Below are positions 40,578 through 49,908 of a stretch of DNA of 64,000 nucleotides, in pieces. Source of the stretch: an uncultured bacterium (lineage in GTDB: Bacteria > Verrucomicrobiota > Verrucomicrobiia > Limisphaerales > UBA11358). Position 1 is the first letter of the stretch. Every line of letters begins with the position of its first letter. Location of the stretch: NCBI GenBank assembly GCA_963708305.1, contig CAVPSH010000003.1, forward strand, positions 319,957 through 383,956. Direction: 5' to 3'. Under the pieces are notes generated by a model that saw only the letters and a program-made list of their open reading frames with translations, did no database searches and was not told the DNA's origin. The translations under genes were made by a program, and so were the position numbers.

Positions 40578-41795
40578 AATGTTGACAACATTCGCTTTCA
40601 AAATCGCCACCAAAATCCCGAACATGGCCGTTGTAATCAATCCGACGGCCAGCCCATTCAAAATCACCAGACTGCTGGTAATGACATGAGCGGTGGCTTC
40701 CTCCTGCTGAAAGGCTTTCGCGTCGAGTGCTTCATGCCAGCCGCGTAAAGCCTCCAAGAATCCGCCGCGCGTGTGCGTCGCGTTAGTCAACCGCCAATGA
40801 AATTCGCCGCTTTCGTCGAACGCTCGGACGGCCTCATCGAGTTTTACTCCTTGTTCAATCGCGATAATAATGCGTGCAGCGCGTCGTCGTCCGATTTCAT
40901 TGGCGGTACAATCGCCCGCCAAGCGGACCGCTTCAGTTTCCGGCACGCCGCCATCGAGCAGCACGGCCAGCATGGCCGAAAACGTCCGTTGCAATCGTTT
41001 ATGTTTCCACGGAATTGTCCATGCAACCCAGTCCACAAAGGGCCATCCCGGAAATTGAAACCGCCGGGCAAGCTGCGGGCCGCCGACGTAAAGCAACGTC
41101 GCAACAGCCAGAAATAGAAAGAGGATGACTTCAAAATCAATCAGCCAGGCCGTGTGGGCAAAGACGAACTGTGTCAATGGCCACAGCCGGATGTTTGATC
41201 CCTCAGCGACGCCCTTGAACCGCGGTACGACAAAAGTCATCGTTATCGTCGCCACACCAACAAAGACCGGTGAGAAAAAGAGTATGACCAAAATCATATA
41301 ATGCACGGCGCTGCGAACGGCGGCCGGACGATCCTGCAGGATTTCGCGACAGGCGGGCAACACGCGCCGCAGGTCGCCAAGTTTTTCACCGGCGCGGAGC
41401 ATGGCGGAAATTTGCGGCGGCACAAAGCGCGGGACTTTTTCCAATGCCGCAATAAAACGCAGTCCGCTTTCGATGTGCGCCGCCAGCAAATGAAATCGCA
41501 CGCCAACGGTTCGGTCGCGGCTTTGTGCAAGGGAGAGGATCATTTGTTCAGCCGTCTGGCCACGATTGAGTGCGCTTTCAAGCAAATCTAGAAACAATCG
41601 TGCGCGCTCCATGCGGCGCATGGGCACGGTGAGGGAAAGGTGAATCAGGAAAATTATGCCCGCCAGGCTGCCCGCCCAAAAAAGAAAGGCCATCGCCCCC
41701 ACTGCCAGTCTGGCCGGCAGGTCGCCGCCGGAAGCAAAGATGGCGGAGTTGAAAGCCAGACCCGGCAGCGGCTGAAAAATTGTTTCAACATTCAT
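40578..41795 (-). CDS. Second GspF/PilC-like platform protein (two T2SSF-like domains, extra N-terminal TM); no stop codon before the pilin-like segment
   Basis: Two repeats of the helical-bundle-plus-TM pattern (...AEQMILSLAQS...ISAMLRAGEKLGDL... and ...LAVLLDGGVPETEAVRLAG...FLEALRG...). Start at 41795 is preceded by GGAG. Confidence 0.65.
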
Positions 41796-41805
41796 TGTCA
41801 CTCCG

Positions 41806-42792
41806 TCATTCTCCGGAACCGCCCAGCGCATTGAGAAAAGCGACTAGCGCGGCGAACACGGGCTGAATTTGGGACATAATCATTACTGCCAGGGCCAGAA
41901 TGGAACACGGCAGCGCCGAGTAAAGCAGCAGTTCAGAACGATAAAGGGAACGGGAATGGAATAGTTCGGCGGCGCGCCGAAAACCGGCAGTTAAATCCTC
42001 GCCGGATTGCGCGACTGTCCAGGTAAAGAGGGCTGGAAACGTTTTACCCACGGTTGCCATTTCAGAAAATTTTCCGTGGCCGGAAGCCAGGCGCTGCCGC
42101 CATTGCCCAATTTCCTTCTCCGCGCCAGTTCCTTTTTCGAGTTCTTCCACGAGTGCCAGCGCATCGTCGAGCGGCACGCCGTTCTTCAGCATCAGCCACA
42201 TGGCAGAGGCAACCTGGGCCAAGCTTGCTTCCCGGAAGGCGGGCAACCGCCAGCGCAACAGCCGGCGCGCCGGCGAAATGACGATGCCAACCAGAGTCGC
42301 AACCAGCGCCAGTCCGATGAATACCGGTGACATCCACAAACCAGCCGAAACCGCTGGAATGGCCGGGCGGCCGACGAGTGATTGAAGATTATTCCAGATA
42401 AAAGCGCCGAGGATGAAGGATAGAAAACAAGAAAGTAGAAATGCGATCGACAGAACAATGAGAGGATAAACCATCAAACCTTTCAATCTCGCCCACAGGC
42501 TGCTCTGACGTTGAAAATAATCCGCCAGCATCGTCAACGCGCCGGGCAGGTCGCCGCTTTTGACGCCGACGTGCACCATGCATTTGTAGAGTTCGGGAAG
42601 CCGTCGGTTTTTCAACGCCTCGGCCAGCGGCACGCCTTTGGCGAGGTCGGCTTCGAGCGCCTGCAATTCATCGCGTAAAGCGCCGCGCCGCATTTCCTCG
42701 CAAAGCCGCCGCAAGGCGCCTTCGAGTGGGATGCCGTCGCGCAACATCGCGGCAAGCTGTTGGTTGAAAAAGGCGAATTCGTCGTATTTCAT
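41806..42792 (-). CDS. gspF: Type II secretion / type IV pilus platform protein (GspF/PilC family)
   Basis: FFNQQLAAMLRDGIPLEGAL...VHVGVKSGDLPGAL and a second domain MLKNGVPLDDAL...AQSGEDLTAGF. 328 aa. ATGA overlap with gspE. Confidence 0.8.
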   Translation of the reverse strand: MKYDEFAFFNQQLAAMLRDGIPLEGALRRLCEEMRRGALRDELQALEADLAKGVPLAEALKNRRLPELYKCMVHVGVKSGDLPGALTMLADYFQRQSSLWARLKGLMVYPLIVLSIAFLLSCFLSFILGAFIWNNLQSLVGRPAIPAVSAGLWMSPVFIGLALVATLVGIVISPARRLLRWRLPAFREASLAQVASAMWLMLKNGVPLDDALALVEELEKGTGAEKEIGQWRQRLASGHGKFSEMATVGKTFPALFTWTVAQSGEDLTAGFRRAAELFHSRSLYRSELLLYSALPCSILALAVMIMSQIQPVFAALVAFLNALGGSGE

Positions 42793-43883
42793 AAGCCGAA
42801 AATCCGTTTGAACTCCGCTTCGTTCGTCACACCCTGTTCCACCAACGCGCGTGCCGAGGCTTCCAGGGTTTGCGCCGGGATGAGCGAGGACAGTTCGCGC
42901 CGGCGGATTTGTTCGCGCATTTTTTCGTTCACGCGCAGCCACTCGACCAGCGGTACCCGGCCCTGATAGCCGGTTTGTAAACAGGTTTCGCAACCCGCGC
43001 CGCGGCAAGCGGCGCAGAGTTTGCGGATGAGCCGCTGGTTCAAGACCAATTCCACTGCGCTCGCCACGGCGGAATGGTCGGCACACATCACGAGCAAACG
43101 CTCAAAAACGCCGCGGCACGAACCGGCGTGCAGCGTGGAAATCACGAGATGGCCGGTCAGCCCGGCGCGGACGGCGAGTTGCGCCGTGGCTTCATCGCGA
43201 ATCTCGCCGATGATGAGCGCCTGCGGGTCCTGTCGCAGCAGATGCCGCGCAGCACGGGCGAAATCGAGGCCAATAGCTTCATTGACCTCGGTCTGCATCG
43301 CACCGGGGATGATTTGCTCCACCGGATCCTCGACGGTGATGATGTGGCGTCCGCCGAGTTCAGTAAGGTGGCGGAGGCAGGCGTAAATGGTTGTCGTCTT
43401 GCCGCTGCCTGCCGGACCGGTGAGCAACAGCAGGCCGGCAGATTGGCGGAGAAAATGTTCGAGTTCGGTTCCGGCGGCGGCGGGCAGGGACAATTCGCGG
43501 AGCGACTGGGCCGACGAGGAATTGAACAGACGGAGAACGATTTTTTCGCCGGTGACGGTCGGATAGGTGGCAACCCGGATGTCGTTCTGGATGCCGAGTT
43601 CGTCATGCGCAATCCGGCCATCCTGCGGCAACGATTCCTGATACGTCTTCAGCCGCGCCAGAAACTTGATCCGGCCAAACACGCGTTCGGCCACGTCGTT
43701 GGTCAGTTCGCGTCCGGGAACAATGACGCCGTCGAGCCGGAAGCCGACCTCGGCGGTCTTGCTGCGCATTTGCAGGTGGATGTCGCTGGCCCCGGCGCGT
43801 TCGGCCTGCCGAACCAGTTGCTCCAGAATTTCCGGCGCGGAAGTTTTTCTCCCGCCGTTTACCTGTGCCGCTTCTGACATCAT
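42789..43883 (-). CDS. gspE: GspE/PilB-family secretion ATPase (short form)
   Basis: SDIHLQ, Walker A LLLTGPAGSGKTTT, IITVEDPVE, LRQDPQALIIGEIRD, TGHLVISTLH, CAACRGAGCETC. Confidence 0.9.
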   Translation of the reverse strand: MMSEAAQVNGGRKTSAPEILEQLVRQAERAGASDIHLQMRSKTAEVGFRLDGVIVPGRELTNDVAERVFGRIKFLARLKTYQESLPQDGRIAHDELGIQNDIRVATYPTVTGEKIVLRLFNSSSAQSLRELSLPAAAGTELEHFLRQSAGLLLLTGPAGSGKTTTIYACLRHLTELGGRHIITVEDPVEQIIPGAMQTEVNEAIGLDFARAARHLLRQDPQALIIGEIRDEATAQLAVRAGLTGHLVISTLHAGSCRGVFERLLVMCADHSAVASAVELVLNQRLIRKLCAACRGAGCETCLQTGYQGRVPLVEWLRVNEKMREQIRRRELSSLIPAQTLEASARALVEQGVTNEAEFKRIFGL

Positions 43884-43959
43884 AAATAAATTCTTTCCAT
43901 CGTCACGCCACCCCGCCAAGCCATCGACTTTGCCGTCAAAGCTCCGGCTTTCCGCCGGA

Positions 43960-44289
43960 TTACTTATCAGCAATCAAATAGCGCAGGCCATGCTCGTCCG
44001 CCATGAGCACGCGGAGATGACCGGGCAGTTGCACCAATTCACGCCGGAACATGCGTGCGTCCTTTACCATGACCTCAACCGTCGGCCAGAGCGCCAGCGC
44101 AAAAATCAAACAGGCTAAAGCGGCGGCGCTGCTCCAGGTCAACCGGCAGGCGAAGGACGTTCGCGGCCGCGCCACCAAAACCCAGGGCAATTGCGAGCGC
44201 ACGCGCGGCGGGAACTGTTCCCAATACTCGTCCGACCGCGTCGGCAGCGGGATGGCTTTCAATCGCGATTCAAGTTCAGAGTCATTCAT
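43960..44289 (-). CDS. Anti-sigma factor (single TM), putative
   Basis: 109 aa with one TM (WSSAAALACLIFALALW). Overlaps the ECF sigma stop by 8 nt. Confidence 0.55.
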   Translation of the reverse strand: MNDSELESRLKAIPLPTRSDEYWEQFPPRVRSQLPWVLVARPRTSFACRLTWSSAAALACLIFALALWPTVEVMVKDARMFRRELVQLPGHLRVLMADEHGLRYLIADK

Positions 44290-44836
44290 GGTTCCGGTCG
44301 CCGCCTGCGAGCCAGCGTTTCAATTTTTTCTTCGCGGAAAAAACGCGCCACGAAACAGTCGTTTCCGAGCAACGCAGCACTTTTGCCGCTTCCGCGTGAG
44401 TCAAACCGTCGTAAATTGTGAGCACAACTGCCGCGCGTTGCTTGGCCGGCAATTTCAGCAGCGCCGCCTGTGCGCGTTGTGCCATTTCAGCTTCGGCCGG
44501 CGCAGGTTCGGCGGCGATTCGTTGCACTGAAAATTCGTTCGCGCAATTGACATAAGCCTGAGAACGGCGTGCCTCATTCCGCCGCCAGTTCAAGCACGTG
44601 TGAACAGCGATGCTGTAAAGCCACGTGGAAAACTTCGCCCGTCCGTTGAACGAGCCGATCTGCTCGTAGGCGCGCAGGAACGTCTGCTGCGCCAAATCTT
44701 CGGCGTCGGCGGGCGAGCCAGTCATCCGAAATGTCAGAGCATGAACCATTTGTTGATGTTTTCGCACAAGCTCCTCAAAGGCCGACTTGCTGCCATTTTG
44801 ACTTTGCAACACCAAATCATCATCGGCGTCGGCCAT
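44282..44836 (-). CDS. ECF (sigma-70 family group IV) RNA polymerase sigma factor
   Basis: Region 2 AFEELVRKHQQMVHALTFRMTG...AEDLAQQTFLRAYE...FSTWLY. Region 4 LPAKQRAAVVLTIYDGLTHAEAAKVLRCSETTVSWRVF. Confidence 0.9.
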   Translation of the reverse strand: MADADDDLVLQSQNGSKSAFEELVRKHQQMVHALTFRMTGSPADAEDLAQQTFLRAYEQIGSFNGRAKFSTWLYSIAVHTCLNWRRNEARRSQAYVNCANEFSVQRIAAEPAPAEAEMAQRAQAALLKLPAKQRAAVVLTIYDGLTHAEAAKVLRCSETTVSWRVFSAKKKLKRWLAGGDRNHE

Positions 44837-44964
44837 GGAGGTTGCTTTTGAAAACTTTGAACCCGTCGCCGCCGGAATCCTTTGAATTTTTTTTCCGCCG
44901 CTGACCGGGCGGGGAATGGCGACACCGCCACCCTCGGCAAGGGGCAACGCAGAAGTGGTCATCT

Positions 44965-45047
44965 GATTTACGATTTGCGATGGGCGACTGACGCGCTGCT
45001 CCCAACCGCGAGTTGGGTGATCAATCGCAAATCGTAAATCGTAAATT
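44965..45047. repeat. Inverted heptamer-array element (GATTTAC units facing GTAAATC units), copy 1
   Basis: GATTTACGATTTGCGAT ...center with hairpin CCCAACcgcgaGTTGGG... ATCGCAAATCGTAAATCGTAAAT. Confidence 0.8.
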
Positions 45048-45049
45048 CC

Positions 45050-45625
45050 TCAAAAATACTCCGGTTCGTTACCGGATTTCCACTTGATGTTGCAGCCGAT
45101 GCTGGCTTTTTGGTTCGGCGAAACGGGCTTGCCGGCCAGCACGGCGTCCAGCGCGGCGCGCAAATCCTTTCCGGTTACGGGAAGGCCGTTACCAGGACGG
45201 CTGTCGTCAAATTGGCCGCGATAGACGAGCTTGCAGTCTTTGTCGAAGAGATAAATGTCCGGCGTGCAGGCGGCCCGGTAGGCTTGGGCGACGGCTTGCA
45301 ATTCGTCGTAAAGATACGGAAAAGTATAACCCGCGGATTTCACTTCTTCCTTCATCTTTGCGGGGCTGTCTTCGGGATAATTCTCCACGTCATTGGAGTT
45401 GATGCCGACAATGGCAACGCCGCGAGGCAGGTAATCGCGGGCGAGTTGCGCCAGGCTGGTGCGGATGTGCTTCACATAGGGGCAATGGTTGCAGATGAAC
45501 AGAACCAGCAGCGCGGACTTGCCTTTGAAATCCGCCAGCGAAACAATTTTCCCGTTGGTATCCGGCAATTTGAAATCGGGTGCGGCCGTGCCGAGCGGCA
45601 GCATGGTTGAAGGTGTCAGTGCCAT
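45050..45625 (-). CDS. Thioredoxin-fold thiol-disulfide oxidoreductase (AhpC/TSA-like family)
   Basis: APDFKLPDTNGKIVSLADFKGKSALLVLFICNHCPYV (CxxC). 191 aa from the Met at 45625. Confidence 0.8.
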   Translation of the reverse strand: MALTPSTMLPLGTAAPDFKLPDTNGKIVSLADFKGKSALLVLFICNHCPYVKHIRTSLAQLARDYLPRGVAIVGINSNDVENYPEDSPAKMKEEVKSAGYTFPYLYDELQAVAQAYRAACTPDIYLFDKDCKLVYRGQFDDSRPGNGLPVTGKDLRAALDAVLAGKPVSPNQKASIGCNIKWKSGNEPEYF

Positions 45626-45686
45626 GTGGGGAATATAAGTCCAAGGTGCAAAGTTCAAAGACCAAATTTTCCAGGTTTAGGGTGTT

Positions 45687-45756
45687 CGATTTACGAATTA
45701 CGCGACCTGGACGAGTTGTGAAAAAGCTCGTAAATCGTAAATCGTAAATCGTAAAT
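45687..45756. repeat. Inverted heptamer-array element, copy 2
   Basis: CGATTTACGAATTACG ...ACGAGttgtgaaaaagCTCGT... AAATCGTAAATCGTAAATCGTAAAT. Antisense ORFs here translate as IYDLRFTIY. Confidence 0.8.
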
Positions 45757-46302
45757 TTGAAAGCTGTGCCGAAGAACATTGTTTATTTTGATCTGGAAAC
45801 GCAGAAATCCGCCGAGGAAGTCGGTGGCTGGAACCACATCTCCAAAATGGGCATGAGCATTGGCGTGACGTTCAGCACGGGGCGCGGCGATTACAAGATT
45901 TATGGCGAGAAGCAGGTGAACGACCTCATCGCAGATTTGCAACGCGCTGACCTCGTGGTGGGTTTCAATGTTTTGCGTTTTGATTACGAGGTATTGCACG
46001 GTTACACGACGTTCGACCTGCGCCAGTTGCCGACACTGGACATGATGGTGGAGTTGCAAAACGAACTGCAGCACCGCCTTTCGCTCGATTCGATTGCGAC
46101 GGCGACGTTTGGCGTGGAAAAAACGGCGGAGGGCATGCAGGCCATCCGCTGGTTCAAGGACGGCAAGCTCGCGGAAATCGCGGAGTACTGCTGTTACGAC
46201 GTGAAGCTGACGAAGCTCGTCCACGAATACGGCCAGAAACACCGCCAGTTGCATTACCACAATCGTTTCGGCAAAAAAATGACGGTGCCGGTGAGTTGGT
46301 AG
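45757..46302 (+). CDS. RNase H-like / DEDD-type 3'-5' exonuclease domain protein
   Basis: IVYFDLET...VGFNVLRFDYEVL...YCCYDVKLT acidic-residue pattern. 181 aa. TTG/GTG start is uncertain. Confidence 0.6.
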   Translation: MKAVPKNIVYFDLETQKSAEEVGGWNHISKMGMSIGVTFSTGRGDYKIYGEKQVNDLIADLQRADLVVGFNVLRFDYEVLHGYTTFDLRQLPTLDMMVELQNELQHRLSLDSIATATFGVEKTAEGMQAIRWFKDGKLAEIAEYCCYDVKLTKLVHEYGQKHRQLHYHNRFGKKMTVPVSW

Positions 46303-46590
46303 AGTTGGATTCCGACGACAAGTCCAGTAATGTGCTGATTTAAGGAGCGCGGCATTTATGCCGCTTCACGGTCTGTTGCCATTGGTGCGCCGAAGCGGGC
46401 TGAAGCCCGCGCTCCGGAGGCAAACGAAGACAGAGCTACAAGTTCCCGTTGCTTTCACGGAAGCACGATTTAATCTGATGACGTGCTTAAGCAACGGTTT
46501 CAAATCTGCTTTGCCGCGGAGAAGGCGAATGGATTTTGCCTGTGTCCTTCAGGCTGTCTCCGATGAACCTCTTTTCCAAGGCGGGAATCG

Positions 46591-48412
46591 GTGTGGGCGG
46601 CTGGCAGTTGGTCTCCGCCCAAGGTTCGCCTCCCGTTTGTATCGGAACTGCGACATTATTCCTGGGACAAGTTCCGTCATGACGCGATTGCCGGCGCGAC
46701 TTTGACGCTGGTTTCCATCCCTCAGGCGATTGGTTTCGCGCTGATTCTCGGCCTGCCGCCGATGCCGGTGATTCTTTCCGTGGTGGTCGGAGGATTTTTC
46801 AGCGCGTTGTTTTTTTCCTCGCACCATCACGTCTTCGGGCCGACCACGTCCGTTTGCCTCATCACGGCGGCGACGCTGGCGGCCAACACCGATCTCGGCC
46901 TGCACCCGCTGCAGTTGGCCGCCTACCTGGCGTTTATGATCGGCGTCGTCCAGTTCGTCGCCGGGCTGTTCAATTTCGGCGAAGTCACGAAATTCATCTC
47001 GCGTTCGGTGGTGGTGGGCTACACGACGGCCATCGGTGTGCTGTTGATCTTCAGCCAACTGCACAACGGGATGGGATTTTCCAGCCCGGCGGGCGACGAT
47101 TTCCTGAGCACACTTGAAGAAGTGGGGGTGGCCATCGGCGTGGGTAATTTTTCATGGTGGTCCGTCGGTATTGTCGCACTGACGCTCCTGATTTTTGAAG
47201 GCATCAAACGCTGCGCGCCCGGCCTGGCCGGAGCCATTATTGGGGCTGGCTTTTCTGGCGATGGCCGCGCGCGTTTTCGCCCATTTTTATCATGAAGTGC
47301 CTTTTCATCTGGTCAAGGACGAGGGTGCCCTGGCTGCGGCGTTGCCGACGCTCAAACATCTTCCCACCTTGCAGGATCAACTGCCCATCGTTCGCCAGTT
47401 GGCCGGCAGCGCTCTCGCCATCGCCATCATCGGGATGCTCGAAGCCACGGCCATCACCAAGACGCTGGCTGCCCGCAGCGGCCAGCATCTGGATCCCAAC
47501 CAGGAACTACTGGGCATGGGCGCAGGCAATATCGCCGCTGCACTGTTCGGGCTGACACCCGGCTCCTCCTCCTTCACCCGTTCGGCGGTCAATTATCAGA
47601 GCGGCGCCGCTTCGCAGCTTTCGTCCATGCTGAGCAGCGTTACCGTGCTGCTCATCCTGCTGTTCCTGACTCCGCTCTTCAACTATATCCCCGTGCCCGC
47701 GCTGGCTGCCCATCTCATGCGGGTCGGCTATAAACTGATTAACCGCTCGCAAATCCGGGTCTCGACCCGGTCCACCCGCTCGGACGCCGTCGTTTTTTTC
47801 TCGACACTGGGAGCCGCACTTTTTCTCAGGCTCGACACCGCCATTTACGTGGGCATTGGTGTGGCGCTGGCGTTATTTCTGCAAAAAACCAGCACGCCGA
47901 CGCTGGCGGAATATACCTTCAATGAAAGCGGGCAACTGGCCGAACTGCGTGATCGGAAACAACGTCCCAATCCCCAAATTTCCATTATTCATGTCGAAGG
48001 CGAGCTGTTTTTCGGCGCCGCGGATCTGTTCCAGGACCAAATTCGCCGCCAGGCCGAGGACGAAAACATCCGCGTTTTCATTCTCCGCATGAAAAATGCG
48101 CGGCATCTCGATGCCTCCACCGTCATGGCGTTGGAATCACTTCACGATTACCTGCGCAAGACGGGCCGTTATCTGCTGATCAGCGGCAGCAGTCCTGATG
48201 TTACCCGCGTTCTGCGCAACAGCGGTCTGCTGAAACAAATCGGCGAGGAGAACATCTTTCCGGCTGAGATCAATCCGACGATTGCCACCAAACGGGCACT
48301 GGTACGCGCCCGGGAACTGTTGCCGCAGAAGGCCGATGTCCGGTTGTTTTACGGCCGTCCGCTGGACAACGACTCCGGAGTTCTCAAAGAAATCAGTGAT
48401 TACGAAATTTGA
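46591..48412 (+). pseudogene. SulP-family anion permease with a C-terminal STAS domain, frameshifted (+1) within 47195-47250
   Basis: DAIAGATLTLVSIPQAIGFALILGLPP in ORF 46591-47295. Continues as GLAFLAMAARV...EATAITKTLA...STAS (IIHVEGELFFGAAD) in ORF 47195-48412. Confidence 0.85.
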
Positions 48413-48510
48413 GGTCGTTACGTTCCTGCTTCGAGCCAGCCGTTTCGGGTTGCTCAGTCTTCAAAAATGAATTGTTCCCCGATTCATTTCACGGCAAGCT
48501 ATGCGCTCCT

Positions 48511-49880
48511 ATGCAGCAGGTAAACCTGGGAATGATTGGCGGCGGCACGGTGGGCAGCGGCGTGTTTCACGCGCTTCAGCTCAACGGCGGGCTCATGGCT
48601 TCGCGCATCGGGGTCAAGGTCGCCGTCCGCAAAATCGCGGTCAAAGCGTTCGACGAGCCGCGACCGTATCCCATTCCGCGTTCGCTGATGACGACGGACT
48701 GGCAAGGAAGTCGTCAATGATCCGGGCATTCACATCGTTTCAGAACTCGTCGGCGGCACGACCCTCGCTCGCGAAATTATTTTGTACTGCGCTGAAACTC
48801 GGCAAGCCGGTCATCACGGCAAACAAGGCGTTGCTGTCCGCGCACGGCGAGGAGCTTTTTGCCGCGGCCAAAAAATACGGCACCAATCTTTATTACGAGG
48901 CCAGTGTTTGCGGTGGCATTCCCATCATCAAATCGTTGCGCGAAGGTTTTGTCGGCAACCGCATCAACGCGCTTTACGGCATCGTCAACGGCACCTGCAA
49001 TTACATCCTCACCCGGATGAAGCTGGAAGGCGCGGATTTCGCCACGGTGCTGGCGGACGCGCAAAAGCAGGGTTACGCCGAAACGCCGCCGGACCTCGAC
49101 ATTGACGGCTGGGACGCCCAGCACAAGATCGGCATTCTCGCCTCGCTGGCGCACGGTTTCTGGGTGAATCCAAAAGAAATTCACGTCGAAGGCATCCGCC
49201 ACATTTCAGCGATGGACATCAAATTTGCCAGTGAACTTGGTTACACCATCAAACTGCTCGGAATCATCAAACAGATTGACGATATACGATTTACGATTGA
49301 CGCCTCAAATGAAAAACCGGCGTGTAAATCGTCAATCGAAAATCGCAAATGCAGAGTGCAGGTTTCGGTGTATCCCACCCTGATACCGAACTCGCATGTT
49401 TTGGCGGGCGTAAATCATGTTTTCAACGCCGTCTTTGTCCGCGGTGACATTGTCGGCGACACGCTGTTTTACGGGCGCGGCGCGGGCAAAGACGCCACGG
49501 CCAGCGCGGTCTTGAGCGATCTGGCGGACGCGGCGCTCGACCTGAAATTCGGCACCAAACACCGCGTGCCGCCGTTTGTGCCGCACGAATGCGCCGGCGC
49601 CGTCGTGCCGATTGAAGACGTCGTTTCGCAATATTTTGTACGTCTGGATGTCGTGGATCGGCCGGGCGTGCTGGCAAAAATCGCGGCCATTTTCGGCCAG
49701 TCGAAAATCGGCATTTCGTCGGTGATTCAACCCGAAGGCCACGAAGGCAAAAGCGTGCCGCTGATTTTCATGCTGCACTATGCGACCAACGGCGCGGTGA
49801 CAAAGGCGTTGGCCAGAATCGGCAAATTGTCGGTGGTCAAAAGCAAGCCGGTGATGATTCGGGTGGAGAGTTTCGAATAA
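48511..49880 (+). pseudogene. hom: Homoserine dehydrogenase with two +1 frameshifts (48706, 48785) and an in-frame repeat-element insertion
   Basis: MQQVNLGMIGGGTVGSGV (frame a), EVVNDPGIHIVSELVGGTTLAREIIL (frame b), ALKLGKPVITANKALL...C-terminal ACT domain (frame c). Confidence 0.9.
49278..49350 (+). repeat. Inverted heptamer-array element, copy 3, embedded in-frame in hom
   Basis: gaCGATATACGATTTACGATTgacgcc tcaaatgaaaaacc ggcgtGTAAATCGTCAATCGAAAATCGCAAAT. Translates as DDIRFTIDASNEKPACKSSIENRKC. Confidence 0.75.
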
Positions 49881-49908
49881 TTCCGCGCTCTGCGCGCGAC
49901 CTCAGAAC

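Noticed and set aside
39681-41831. Single 716-aa ORF in the track.
   Set aside because: It concatenates a GspF-like protein, a pilin-like N-terminus, about 85 codons of Arg/Gly-rich nonsense and a separate pseudopilin gene. ATGA overlaps at 40184-40187 show where the real gene boundaries are.
44965-45756. The heptamer tandem repeats considered as a possible CRISPR array or minisatellite.
   Set aside because: Units are 7 nt with no unique spacers and no cas genes. The arrays are arranged as inverted arms of hairpin elements, not as direct repeat-spacer units.
46563-46682. Possible extra N-terminal exon-like piece of sulP (MNLFSKAGIGVGGWQLVSA...) requiring one more frameshift near 46617.
   Set aside because: A GTG start at 46591 already gives a plausible SulP N-terminus (…VRLPFVSELRHYSWDKFRHDAIAG). 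There is no conserved motif in the upstream piece to justify another shift.
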